Shown here piece after piece: positions 19,597 to 28,964 of a stretch of 64,000 nucleotides of DNA; within the stretch, counting starts at the first letter, position 1, and the number at the start of each line of letters is the position of its first letter. Below the pieces are notes generated by a model. The model saw nothing but the letters and a program-made list of their open reading frames with translations. It had not been told where the DNA came from and did not search any database. The stretch lies in the sequence record NC_028899.1, one strand, 5' to 3'. The translations under genes and the position numbers were made by a program.

Positions 19597-20907
19597 TTAG
19601 GCGTTACGGAATTTGTTTGCGTAGTAGAACAGCTTGTTGGACGCCATGTCTTCGAGCTGTTGCTGGAATTCGATTTGCTTGCGCTTGTTGACGCCCGTCG
19701 GAATCAGGTAGTCGTAGACCAAGCCCACCAGCTGGGTATGGTCTTTCATGTTTTCGTTGACCTTGTCGATCACGTCGATGTCCTGACGAATACGTGCCGA
19801 GTCTTCCTTCGGCAGATCCGGACTCTTCAGTTCGTTCACGAGGTCGTTGCGGATACGCTTGAAACGCGCACCGGCCTTGTCGTACCAGTCGTGGTGGCTG
19901 TCGGCGAGCAGCAGGCCGGCGAGCAGCGCAAACGTCGTGTAGGCAGACCACAGCTGGCCCGTAGCCACTTCGAAGATACCGAGGCCGAGAACAGTGAGCT
20001 TCAGGAATTCGACGAAGAAGTAGCTCACCCAGCCGCGGCGATAGATCGTGCCCTTGTAGAGCTTGTCCAGTGCCGTCACCAGATCGCGGGCTGCGCCATG
20101 ACGCGTTGCGAACTGATCCGACAGTGCTTCGAAGCTGTTGATGTCGTAGCCTTCCACGCCCGACTGGCTGCGGTTCTTGCGAGCCAGGTTCGTGATGATG
20201 ACCGTGTAGATCGTCGTGTTGTTTTTCTTGGAAAGCTCTTGCGCGTCGACGGCTTCCAGAGCCATCATTTCGCCAGCTTCCTTGATGATGATTTCGCGTT
20301 GGCCGGCATCGGTCGTACCGTCCAGTTCGCGCACCATCGTGATGAGGATCTGGTTGGTCGTACGGAAGCGCACGAGGTGTTCGTAGAACGACCACACGTG
20401 ACCGACTTCATGCAGGATGATTGCCGAAATTTCGGCGCTCGTGTATTCACGGCCGTCGAAGAGTTTGTAGAGCAGACCCTTGTTGCCGTAGATCATGGGG
20501 GCATTGAGCCACATCTTGATCGGCGGCAGATCTGCGAAGTAGCCGTCCACCCAACCTGCGTTCAGGTCGAGCAAACCGCGTACTTCCTTGTCCTTGCTCT
20601 TGCGCACGTCTGCCAAGCTCTTCTTCGAGAGCGTGGTGTCTTTCCAGCCGTAGCCTTCGAGCAGCGGGCTGTTTTTGTCGATGTGCGGTGGCTCCGTCAT
20701 CATCGGCATATCGCCGACCGAGATGTCGAAGCTGATGTTCGTAACGTCCTTGATGACTTTCGCAACTGCGATCTCGAACTCGGTGCGTGCCTTACCGTCG
20801 CTATCGGTACGGTACTTGTCGATGATCGCCGTCAACTCGCGATGGAGACGATCGTTCTGGAACGAGATGCTCTCCGGCGAATAGATGGGATTGATTGTGG
20901 TAAACAT
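19597..20907 (-). CDS. Virion zinc-metalloprotease-like protein (M48-type HEXXH), phiKZ gp84-like
   Basis: ILHEVGH, downstream EALSDQFA motif and hydrophobic segments. The ATG at 20907 is preferred over the upstream TTG. Confidence 0.7.
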   Translation of the reverse strand: MFTTINPIYSPESISFQNDRLHRELTAIIDKYRTDSDGKARTEFEIAVAKVIKDVTNISFDISVGDMPMMTEPPHIDKNSPLLEGYGWKDTTLSKKSLADVRKSKDKEVRGLLDLNAGWVDGYFADLPPIKMWLNAPMIYGNKGLLYKLFDGREYTSAEISAIILHEVGHVWSFYEHLVRFRTTNQILITMVRELDGTTDAGQREIIIKEAGEMMALEAVDAQELSKKNNTTIYTVIITNLARKNRSQSGVEGYDINSFEALSDQFATRHGAARDLVTALDKLYKGTIYRRGWVSYFFVEFLKLTVLGLGIFEVATGQLWSAYTTFALLAGLLLADSHHDWYDKAGARFKRIRNDLVNELKSPDLPKEDSARIRQDIDVIDKVNENMKDHTQLVGLVYDYLIPTGVNKRKQIEFQQQLEDMASNKLFYYANKFRNA

Positions 20908-21003
20908 GTTTTGGCCGACCTTTGTCAACGGTAATTAAAAATCAGACGACACAATTCTGTGCCTGAAATTGTCCTACGCCTCATAAAAAAGGTGCGAAAC
21001 GGG

Positions 21004-23097
21004 ATGAATCCTATTCTGTTACTCAATAAGAGGAACAAAACAGCAGTTTATCCACCGGATCTGCTGATTTTCGACATCGATCGAACCTGTCCGATTCTGG
21101 GAAATCCCTATCCGATGGGTGACCAGGATGATGTCGATGAACGAAATCACGTAATCGAAGAGTATCGAAAACACTTCGAAAAAGAGTACGCTCGTAATGG
21201 TGCTCTCACGAAAAGAATTCATGAATTTGCAGACTTGATTCGCAGCGGCAGGCGGATCGGTCTTAGATGCTGGTGTCACCCAAAACCGTGTCACGGCAGA
21301 ATCATCATCTCTAAGATCAAAGAACTCCTGGAAGGAACCATGTCGGAAGCGCCTAATAAACCGAACAAAGAGTTTTTGAATTACCCTTTCAATCCAGAAG
21401 ACATCGACTACACGGAATGTCGTTTCGCCATTCACATGCCTCGGCGTGGAGAGAATGGTATCGACCTCCATGCAGTCAAGGAAGTGATCCACTTCAAAGA
21501 CGGAACCTCCAAGCCTTGGGTCCGTTACGTTCCGAACTACAAATGCAAGTTCTGGACAACGCGTCCCCACTTACGTAAAGGGCAGTTTGCCCACAAACAA
21601 AAGAAAGAGTGGGAGCATCTCGACAATCTGGTCGAAGGTCAAGCCACTGCTTCGGATCTGCCGTTTGCGGTCGCCCGTGCTCTGGACCAGTTACGTCTCG
21701 CGCAGCGTTACTTCGATCTGAAGGATTCGCCTTACGTCTATGGTCTCGATATTCCATCGACGGTACAACTCAAGCACGACTATACCGTGCGCATGCAAGG
21801 CAAAGCCGATACGCCGTTCATTACGGCTTACTCCGATACTGAAACGAACATGCTCGGTATCGAAGAAGGCGCCAGCAAACACATCATCATGCAGTCGCTC
21901 TTCCACGAAGATGGTCGACTCTATACGGTGATTCTGAAAGACTTCTTGAAGACTTTGCCGGGTAATCCGGAACAGGCTTTGCGCGCGCTCTACGACGAAC
22001 ACATGCCTGAACAAGGTAAGGAGATCGTCAAGGAGTGGGAGATTCTGCTCGTTGATCAACCGATCGATATCGTGAAGGCCATTCTGCTTCGGTGCCATAC
22101 CTGGCAGCCTGACTTCCTGTCGTTCTGGAACATGATCTTCGACTTGGACAAGATGATCGAATGCGTTGAAGACGCTGGTTATCGTGTCGAGGACATCTTC
22201 TGCGATCCGCGCTTGCCGCGTGAGCTGCGTTATGCGTATCTGAAGCGCGCTAACCCGTCCAAGACGTCTGCGTCGGGCCGCCTGATGACCAAGAAGCCTG
22301 CTGATCAATGGCATAGCTTCCTGTGTCCTGCATCGTTTTACATCATCGACCAGATGGCGACCTATCGGTTCATCCGTAAGTCGAAGCAGCTGGAAAAGAG
22401 TTACGGTCTGGATGACATTCTGGGCAAGGAACTCAAAGGTCTCGGTAAGCTCAAACACAAGCCTGCTGAAGGTCTGACCAAAGCTGAATTTCACATCTTC
22501 ATGCAACAGAAGTATCCTGGCGAGTATGTGATTTATCACATCTGGGATGCGGTCTGTATGCACCTGCTGACGCTGAAGACGAAGGATCTGTCATTCTCGT
22601 TGCCAGGTACGACGGAGTTCTCGGACTTCATGAGCTTCGAGTCTGAACCGAAGCGTTACATCCACAAGTTCCACTTTTACGCATTGGAGAAGCATAACTG
22701 CGTAACAGGTGTGTCGAGTAAGGCACTGGTGCAAGAATACGACGACATGACCATTTCCACCAAAGGTCACATCGTCACGCTTGAACCTCATTTGACAGTC
22801 GATACTGGGCTTAAGGTCTTCAATGATTATCCCGGGTTACAGACGAACTTCTACGGTCATAATGCTGACTTGGACGTGAAGTCCAGTTATCCTTACGGCC
22901 AATGGGGTTTCAACATGTCGCGTATGACGACTGTTCGTGAACTCATCGAGATCGAAGGAGTGCGAGATCATACTCGTCGCATCCAAGGTCTGAACATTTC
23001 TGGTGGACGCAGTAATGCAGTTGAATTCTGTACTGAGATCTTCGGCCTTCCGAGCCTCGCTGAACTCGACAAAATCTACGATCAAGCAAATGCTTAA
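21004..23097 (+). CDS. DUF4326 domain fused in frame to the split family-B DNA polymerase exonuclease/motif-A subunit (phiKZ gp82-like)
   Basis: N-terminus has GNPY and LRCWCHPKPCHG (DUF4326). Then ExoI SDTETN, ExoII FWNMIFD, ExoIII YHIWDA and PolB motif A DLDVKSSYP. Internal ATG at 21340 has a GGAAGGA RBS. Confidence 0.85.
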   Translation: MNPILLLNKRNKTAVYPPDLLIFDIDRTCPILGNPYPMGDQDDVDERNHVIEEYRKHFEKEYARNGALTKRIHEFADLIRSGRRIGLRCWCHPKPCHGRIIISKIKELLEGTMSEAPNKPNKEFLNYPFNPEDIDYTECRFAIHMPRRGENGIDLHAVKEVIHFKDGTSKPWVRYVPNYKCKFWTTRPHLRKGQFAHKQKKEWEHLDNLVEGQATASDLPFAVARALDQLRLAQRYFDLKDSPYVYGLDIPSTVQLKHDYTVRMQGKADTPFITAYSDTETNMLGIEEGASKHIIMQSLFHEDGRLYTVILKDFLKTLPGNPEQALRALYDEHMPEQGKEIVKEWEILLVDQPIDIVKAILLRCHTWQPDFLSFWNMIFDLDKMIECVEDAGYRVEDIFCDPRLPRELRYAYLKRANPSKTSASGRLMTKKPADQWHSFLCPASFYIIDQMATYRFIRKSKQLEKSYGLDDILGKELKGLGKLKHKPAEGLTKAEFHIFMQQKYPGEYVIYHIWDAVCMHLLTLKTKDLSFSLPGTTEFSDFMSFESEPKRYIHKFHFYALEKHNCVTGVSSKALVQEYDDMTISTKGHIVTLEPHLTVDTGLKVFNDYPGLQTNFYGHNADLDVKSSYPYGQWGFNMSRMTTVRELIEIEGVRDHTRRIQGLNISGGRSNAVEFCTEIFGLPSLAELDKIYDQANA

Positions 23098-23108
23098 AGC
23101 ATAGCACT

Positions 23109-23136
23109 CTACTCCTAGCCGAAAGGCTAGGAGTAG
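23109..23136. terminator. Bidirectional hairpin between convergent genes, TATG on both sides
   Basis: CTACTCCTAGCC-GAAA-GGCTAGGAGTAG. Confidence 0.85.
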
Positions 23137-23148
23137 GTCTATGTCTCT

Positions 23149-23745
23149 TTACAACACGCTATAACCAGCAGGCGTATAGATTGGGTTCTTTACGTAATCA
23201 GCAATAGACGCTGTCGTCAAAGCATGCGGACTGGCTGCGATCGGATACACTGTCGTCACACCAGCCGTGTACGACGTCATGTATGAAGCGATCGTAATCG
23301 CGCCTTGCGAGACGCCGTTCTTGTAAAATACAGCAACACCATTTGTGAGGTCACATGCGAAACCGATGTTATCGCCTTGTACGAAAGCAGTACCGTAGCC
23401 AGTACGCGAGTCGGCACTGCCATACATAAGCTGTGAAGTACTGCCAGTACAATACCAGCAGAGTTTACCGCCAGTCTTCCATGGATCGTTCAGAGAAGCC
23501 GTGCTATTAGCCAAGCCAAGAACCGGACTGTACTGGTTATTGCCTTCGAACAACGTGGCAATAATTTCAAAATACCATTTGCCGGTCGATTTTCCGTTTA
23601 AGCCAAAGACAGCGCCACCGATATCACTCAGGTTAGCGGTGTAGTTGTTATTGGAAAGCGTAACGGTAGAAGCCTTCATGTTCGGGTTGAAACCCGAACT
23701 TAGAGGAGCGGCTACTTTCTTTTTTAACAGCATTGCGGCTAGCAT
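23149..23745 (-). CDS. SPRY/concanavalin-like domain protein
   Basis: GKWYFEI, GDNIGFACDLTNG...FYKNG and VYP motifs. Confidence 0.75.
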   Translation of the reverse strand: MLAAMLLKKKVAAPLSSGFNPNMKASTVTLSNNNYTANLSDIGGAVFGLNGKSTGKWYFEIIATLFEGNNQYSPVLGLANSTASLNDPWKTGGKLCWYCTGSTSQLMYGSADSRTGYGTAFVQGDNIGFACDLTNGVAVFYKNGVSQGAITIASYMTSYTAGVTTVYPIAASPHALTTASIADYVKNPIYTPAGYSVL

Positions 23746-23748
23746 AAA

Positions 23749-24354
23749 TCACCACCGTGAGAAACCGGACGGAATTGGATTGAGTAAACTACCTGTGGAG
23801 ATGAGATCGACAATACCGTTCGTACCAGTTGCGTAAGGACTACCGCACAACGGATAGAACGTATGTCCGACGTTACTGTACGTCGCCAGACTGAGTGTCG
23901 CGTATGGAGTTGTTCCGATATAGAACTGAACTGTGTTGTTGACTAGATCCAGAGCCACACCAACCGTAGCACCGGTCGTGAAGAATGTACCATAGTTAAT
24001 GGACTTACCAACTCCGTAGAAGACCACGCAGTTGCTAGGTGCGTTCGAATAAACCAGGACTTCATCCGGTCCGTTGTTATACGGATTGGTCAAGTCGGTA
24101 CGTTCGGAACAGATACCGACGACAGGCGCCGCTCCACCAGACCAACCGCTTTCAACCTGAATGATTTTGAATTCGGTATACCACTTACCGGTGGTCTTTC
24201 CGAGAGTCCCACGCACTGATGCATGAGATGAAGAATTAAGGGTTGCTCGAAGGTTTCCATTTGACAAGGTGGCACCCGAGCTTAATGCCGCTGGATCCCA
24301 TGTCTGAGTCGAATTCGGAATGACCTTTTTCTTCAAGAGCATTGGCTCGAACAT
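23749..24354 (-). CDS. SPRY/concanavalin-like domain protein (tandem paralog)
   Basis: WDP...TLSNGNL, GKTTGKWYTEF, GATVGVALDL and FYP motifs. Confidence 0.75.
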   Translation of the reverse strand: MFEPMLLKKKVIPNSTQTWDPAALSSGATLSNGNLRATLNSSSHASVRGTLGKTTGKWYTEFKIIQVESGWSGGAAPVVGICSERTDLTNPYNNGPDEVLVYSNAPSNCVVFYGVGKSINYGTFFTTGATVGVALDLVNNTVQFYIGTTPYATLSLATYSNVGHTFYPLCGSPYATGTNGIVDLISTGSLLNPIPSGFSRW

Positions 24355-24402
24355 AATGATCCTAATTCCGCGTGTTAATTGTCATAGGATCCGGACATAG
24401 GT

Positions 24403-24430
24403 CTCCTACTAGGCTTACGCCTAGTAGGAG
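24403..24430 (-). terminator. Hairpin terminator followed by TATGTCC
   Basis: CTCCTACTAGGC-TTAC-GCCTAGTAGGAG (GUAA loop on minus). Confidence 0.8.
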
Positions 24431-24435
24431 TATCG

Positions 24436-25164
24436 TCAATCGGTGATGTACTGCACGATGTTCACGACGGACTGCTTGACTGAATCCAGATCACGCGTTG
24501 CATCGACGGTGAAGAGCGGACCGGCTTCCAGCAACGTACGTTGGCTGAATTGAGTACGGAAGTTCTGGATGAGGTTTTCGAAGAACTCGTCGGGCTTCGA
24601 TTCGAATGCATCCTTCTCGCCCGATGTCGCGGTCACGCGTTCTTCTACCCGTGCGCGTGAAGTTGCCAGATCGATGTTCAAGAAGATCGTCGCATAGCCC
24701 TTGATCTGGTTGTAAAGCCATGCACGCTTGTCAAGCGGATAAGCGGCCAGGATGTTGGGCAGGTTCAGATGGTAGTCAAACATCTGATCACAGAGCTTCT
24801 TAGGGATTCCCTGAGTGTAGTGCTGGTACACCCACGTCGTATCGTTCCAACGGTCACTGACGACCACCTGACCAGCCAGAAGGGCAGGAATGATCGACTC
24901 GGTCAGTACACGTCGGCGCAGATACAGAATACACGACAGAACTGCCGGCATCGGGATACGTTGATGGATCCATGCATCGCGCATGAACGACGCTTCTTCG
25001 TCTTTCGGATACGCTGCTACGAGCGTATTCGGAATCCCTTTCTTCGACAGGTAGTCGCTGATGAATTGGGAAATGCTGCTCTTGCCACTACCATCGATTC
25101 CTTCGATGGTCCAGAAACGATTCTGGTTCGCACCGATTTCTTTAGCATCCGGAAAGAAAGCCAC
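24436..25164 (-). CDS. tmk: Thymidylate kinase
   Basis: P-loop IEGIDGSGKSS, VVSDRW motif, IFLNID...S..RV, TVDA. Confidence 0.9.
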   Translation of the reverse strand: MAFFPDAKEIGANQNRFWTIEGIDGSGKSSISQFISDYLSKKGIPNTLVAAYPKDEEASFMRDAWIHQRIPMPAVLSCILYLRRRVLTESIIPALLAGQVVVSDRWNDTTWVYQHYTQGIPKKLCDQMFDYHLNLPNILAAYPLDKRAWLYNQIKGYATIFLNIDLATSRARVEERVTATSGEKDAFESKPDEFFENLIQNFRTQFSQRTLLEAGPLFTVDATRDLDSVKQSVVNIVQYITD

Positions 25165-25203
25165 GGTCTTCCTCGCAATTTAGTAAAAAGAAAGCAAAAA
25201 AAA

Positions 25204-25227
25204 AATCCCCAGTGTTACCTGGGGATT
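25204..25227 (-). terminator. Intrinsic terminator
   Basis: AATCCCCAG-TGTTAC-CTGGGGATT followed on minus by a long T run. Confidence 0.75.
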
Positions 25228-25248
25228 AAGACATGCGCCATCCGAGGC

Positions 25249-26013
25249 TTACACGCGGCGCATGTAAAGGCTCAGAGGCACATAGGACGGATTCACGAAG
25301 CGGTACATTGCTGCACGCGCTTGTTCTTTACGGCGGATGTTATCGGCATAATCCAGCATCGTCGACAACTGTTCATTCGTTTTGGCAATACCCACGTGGA
25401 TTGCAGCGCCCCGATCGATCGACCAGTACTGCACGCCCACATTCCCGTTGTCGTAGCAGCGGATCTGCACGCCATCGGGTACGACGAGATCTTCAATCGT
25501 CAGCTGGTGATTGCGGTTGTACTTCACCGGATACCAGAGGTTCTTGTTGACTTCGTCTGTGACGAAGCGCAGGTTGTCGAAGTAATAATTGGCTGCTTCC
25601 AGAACCATCGACTTGTAGTCGGGGTTATAGAATTCCTTCGACAGTTCCGTACCACTGAAGACACGGATGATCACCTTGCGCGGTCCACGCTGTACTGCCA
25701 CCATTTTCGACGGCAGGATGAACACGCCATGGCCGGGAATGACCTTGACGCCTTCTTCCTTCTTGTCGAACAACTGCCGCAGTTTCCCGCGGCCGTTGAA
25801 TGCCTTCGACTGCCCCAGCGCCGTATTGTACATACGGAATGCTTCGGGCGTGATGGCGTCATCGACGACCGGAGTGAACAAGTGGTTCTGGCGAATACTG
25901 TTGACGCGCCATGCCTTCTCGTCACCCCAGTTAATCATGACCAGGTCAGAGTCAATGGGAAACTCGTGACCAACGATACGAACAACATTTTTGCCGACAG
26001 AGATTTGCTTCAT
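25249..26013 (-). CDS. Hypothetical protein (254 aa)
   Basis: ORF with AAGGA RBS. Confidence 0.7.
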   Translation of the reverse strand: MKQISVGKNVVRIVGHEFPIDSDLVMINWGDEKAWRVNSIRQNHLFTPVVDDAITPEAFRMYNTALGQSKAFNGRGKLRQLFDKKEEGVKVIPGHGVFILPSKMVAVQRGPRKVIIRVFSGTELSKEFYNPDYKSMVLEAANYYFDNLRFVTDEVNKNLWYPVKYNRNHQLTIEDLVVPDGVQIRCYDNGNVGVQYWSIDRGAAIHVGIAKTNEQLSTMLDYADNIRRKEQARAAMYRFVNPSYVPLSLYMRRV

Positions 26014-26058
26014 TGTCGATTATTCCTTGCAGATTTTGAAATTGAATACGTCGACGTG

Positions 26059-26787
26059 TTAAACGTCGATTTCCTCGGGGGTTGCTGCTTCCGGGGTTTC
26101 CCCCGTTGCTGCTTTCTGGCGAGCCACAATGATCCGCTTTGCCATCTCGACGGCCACCAGGAAGTGGGCGTGAGAAGTCAGATACGGATTCTTCGGCACC
26201 GATACAGTACTCGCCAAGCGCCGCGGATCGCCAGCCTGCTCATAGTTCTCCAGCGGTTCGGTTTTCTGGTAGGCGTCGATCATCTCCTTGACGGCGGCGA
26301 TGACCGAATCCACCCACACATACTTCATCTTCCATGCGGACTTGTAATACCGCTTGGCGTCTTCTTCGTTGAAGCCGGCGGCCGCGAGGGTCGTCAGGCA
26401 GCCTTGCTCGAAGATTTCGCGCGTGCGCACGGACAGCGGAATCGCGACGATGGTTCGTCCGACTTCCTTTTCATCCTGTTTACGGATGTTGACTCGAAGT
26501 TCCCACTCACCGAGTCGATGGGGTACGCGGCTCCAGCCGTGGAAGAACTGCACCAGGTCTTTCTGGCGTCCTTCTGCGACGATCCGCTCGATCTCTGCGA
26601 CGGCAGCTTCGTCAGCCGGCGACACAGAGGGCATGGGGTGCGGTCGCATCGGCGGGCGATGCGCGGTATGGTTATTTCCTCCACGGCTATAAGTTGCCGT
26701 ATGCGGCCGATGACGCTGGCCTTCATGTGACTGGGGCGTGTTTTTCTTGTTGCCGCCGAATCGATGAGTCATGTTGAGATAAGTCAT
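26059..26787 (-). CDS. Hypothetical early protein with a disordered basic N-terminus
   Basis: ORF with GGGAG RBS downstream of an early-type promoter. Confidence 0.7.
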   Translation of the reverse strand: MTYLNMTHRFGGNKKNTPQSHEGQRHRPHTATYSRGGNNHTAHRPPMRPHPMPSVSPADEAAVAEIERIVAEGRQKDLVQFFHGWSRVPHRLGEWELRVNIRKQDEKEVGRTIVAIPLSVRTREIFEQGCLTTLAAAGFNEEDAKRYYKSAWKMKYVWVDSVIAAVKEMIDAYQKTEPLENYEQAGDPRRLASTVSVPKNPYLTSHAHFLVAVEMAKRIIVARQKAATGETPEAATPEEIDV

Positions 26788-26883
26788 TTAAGACTCCCTA
26801 GACAATTTTGGTAAGCGAGGGATTCGCTTGTTTTAACCAACAGAACTAGAACCCAGCAAAAGTTTTAGCCGGAAATTCATTTT

Positions 26884-26906
26884 GATTATATATTGTTGAT
26901 TTTTTC
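26884..26906 (-). promoter_or_regulatory. Putative early promoter
   Basis: Minus strand GAAAAAATCAACAATATATAATC matches the recurring motif. Confidence 0.6.
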
Positions 26907-26951
26907 TGCATTATATCTGAATGCTAGAGAAATAAAAACAGACATAGACAA

Positions 26952-26979
26952 ATACCAGATGCCCGAAGGCATCTGGTAT
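26952..26979 (-). terminator. Hairpin terminator followed by GTCTATGTC
   Basis: ATACCAGATGCC-CGAA-GGCATCTGGTAT (UUCG on minus). Confidence 0.8.
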
Positions 26980-26981
26980 CG

Positions 26982-27533
26982 TCATTTCGCTGGCGGCTTT
27001 GTAGGAGTCGTCTGAGACAACTGACGCTCCAGATTCTTGAGGAGGCTGCTTCCTGCCCCGAACAGCTTAGCGGAATGCTTCTTGGCAGAATTAATCACCT
27101 TCAAGAAATCCCTTCGAGGATAATGAATCAGTTCATCGAAGGATAGCCCGAAGATCTCATGAACCCGGTTCTCAGCGAACTGGTCGAGCCGGAAGTCTAT
27201 CGGATCAACAACGGACAAGTCCTCAAGAGGAGAACAGAAGAGCAGAGGCCATGGAACAGCCTCTGTATCCGGCGCATCGTGATTGTAAATACCAAATGCG
27301 GTTTCGTACTTCATCCGCATGAACAACTCGGCATCTACCACGTTGGGTAGTCTGGCGGTTGTCATGGCATCCAGAATCACGTTTGCCGGATTGTATTGCT
27401 TGTCTTCTGCTCTCACCTTTTCGGGTGCTAGTCCGATGTGCCCTCCAGTGCTCGTGACGTAATCCCAAGCAACTTCTGCTCGACCAGCTGAAAAAAAACC
27501 GAAATCGCATCGATTGCGATCAGGCGCGGCCAC
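26982..27533 (-). CDS. Conserved chimallivirus protein (baseplate/tail chaperone-like); start uncertain, possibly reached by -1 frameshift
   Basis: Overlaps the upstream ORF by 106 nt; first ATG only at 27359; YETAFGIYNH and IFGLSFDELIHYP segments. Confidence 0.55.
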   Translation of the reverse strand: MAAPDRNRCDFGFFSAGRAEVAWDYVTSTGGHIGLAPEKVRAEDKQYNPANVILDAMTTARLPNVVDAELFMRMKYETAFGIYNHDAPDTEAVPWPLLFCSPLEDLSVVDPIDFRLDQFAENRVHEIFGLSFDELIHYPRRDFLKVINSAKKHSAKLFGAGSSLLKNLERQLSQTTPTKPPAK

Positions 27534-28951
27534 TTGTCGCCGGACTTGGTGTCCTCGTACTCGTTGACCGAAGTCGTCGCGATGATCGCGACTTGCGTGT
27601 TGTTGATGTACTCACTGATCGCCTTGAAGAACTTCGAGGAGATCTCGTCGGATGCCGACAGGGACGAGAGAACCTTGTCCACGTTTTCGCGCGTGGTATA
27701 AAGCTCGCCGTCTTCTTCGATCGACTTGACGTAGTGCGAATACTGACGCAGACGCGAAGCCTTAGCCAGCTGGCTAATGTACTGCATGCGCTTCTTTTCG
27801 TCTGCTTCGGCGCCCAGTGCTTCATGCACTGCCGCCTGGATCTCGTTGATCCACTTCTCGCCTGAGTCGAAGTACTCACGCAGGCTCGGCGTGTACAGAT
27901 GCAGCTTCACGCCATCGCCGATGTCGACAACCGTGTTCTGATTGAAGACAAACTGGTCCTTGTACTCCTTGACCATTTTCACGGTCATGGGCTGCTCGAT
28001 GCGCTTGACCATGTGCGCCAGCTGCTCTTCCTTGAACATCTTGGCGTTCATGAAGAGCGCCTTACGCAGATCGATGATCTGGTTGATTTCCTTGGCCGGC
28101 AGCTTGGTGTCTTCCGTAAAGACTGCACGCGACATCGGGAAGCCGTTCGGATAAACCGACGTAGCGACCGATTGCGCGATCAAGGGCAGATCGTTGATCG
28201 TGATGTGATCGACGATGTTTTCCTTGGGCAGGTCTTTGACGGTGGTCTCGACCATCGAGGCGAGCCATGCTTCGACGATCGCCTTGGCTGTGAAGACCGA
28301 GTTGTTCGCGAACATGAGGCCATGCGTTGCACGACCGAGCTTGACCGGCTCGGCGATGACCGCACGCCACAGGCCGATGATGTCGATTTCTTCGAGCGGT
28401 TTGACCGTTGCGTAGAACCCGGAGCCCACCAGCGGAACCTGGACGGGCGAACCCAGGCCCAGACGCGACTTCACCGACAGAACGATACGTTCGGAGCTCA
28501 TGTTCGAACCACGACCGCGGTTCGAGAACTTCGGACGACCGATGTTGATGTTGCTGCCGTTGTAGGTCAGCGCATTGCGCCATTCGGCGTTCGGGTCTGC
28601 CAGTGCATCTTCGAACACGCCATGCGACGGAACCGAACGGAAGCCGTTGAGTAGCGTCTGGTACCAGTTGACGGAGTCTTCGTGAACGTCGACTTCGCCC
28701 ATCTTGGTTGTCGCCATGTCGTCGTTCACGCGCGTTGCGGTGTCCGGCAGCAGCGGGATCAGAACGCCCTGGAACTTTTCGACTTGTTCGTCGGTCGCGT
28801 CGGACATGAGAGCGGTTTTGCTCTCGTAGTTTTTGTCTTGCTTGGGCAGCTGTGCGTTCTGCGGGTCGATATTGACCTGCGTCTCTTCCGGCATGACGAG
28901 ATCCGTTTCGTCATGCTGGCTGCCCGGGGTATCTTCCGGTGCGATTGCCAT
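27428..28951 (-). CDS. Conserved chimallivirus protein, phiKZ gp77-like (T4 gp26-like baseplate hub assembly candidate)
   Basis: 507 aa; VPLVGSGFYATVKPL is reminiscent of gp26-type chaperones; synteny. Confidence 0.5.
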   Translation of the reverse strand: MAIAPEDTPGSQHDETDLVMPEETQVNIDPQNAQLPKQDKNYESKTALMSDATDEQVEKFQGVLIPLLPDTATRVNDDMATTKMGEVDVHEDSVNWYQTLLNGFRSVPSHGVFEDALADPNAEWRNALTYNGSNINIGRPKFSNRGRGSNMSSERIVLSVKSRLGLGSPVQVPLVGSGFYATVKPLEEIDIIGLWRAVIAEPVKLGRATHGLMFANNSVFTAKAIVEAWLASMVETTVKDLPKENIVDHITINDLPLIAQSVATSVYPNGFPMSRAVFTEDTKLPAKEINQIIDLRKALFMNAKMFKEEQLAHMVKRIEQPMTVKMVKEYKDQFVFNQNTVVDIGDGVKLHLYTPSLREYFDSGEKWINEIQAAVHEALGAEADEKKRMQYISQLAKASRLRQYSHYVKSIEEDGELYTTRENVDKVLSSLSASDEISSKFFKAISEYINNTQVAIIATTSVNEYEDTKSGDKWPRLIAIDAISVFFQLVEQKLLGITSRALEGTSD

Positions 28952-28964
28952 GTGGCGTGTTCCT

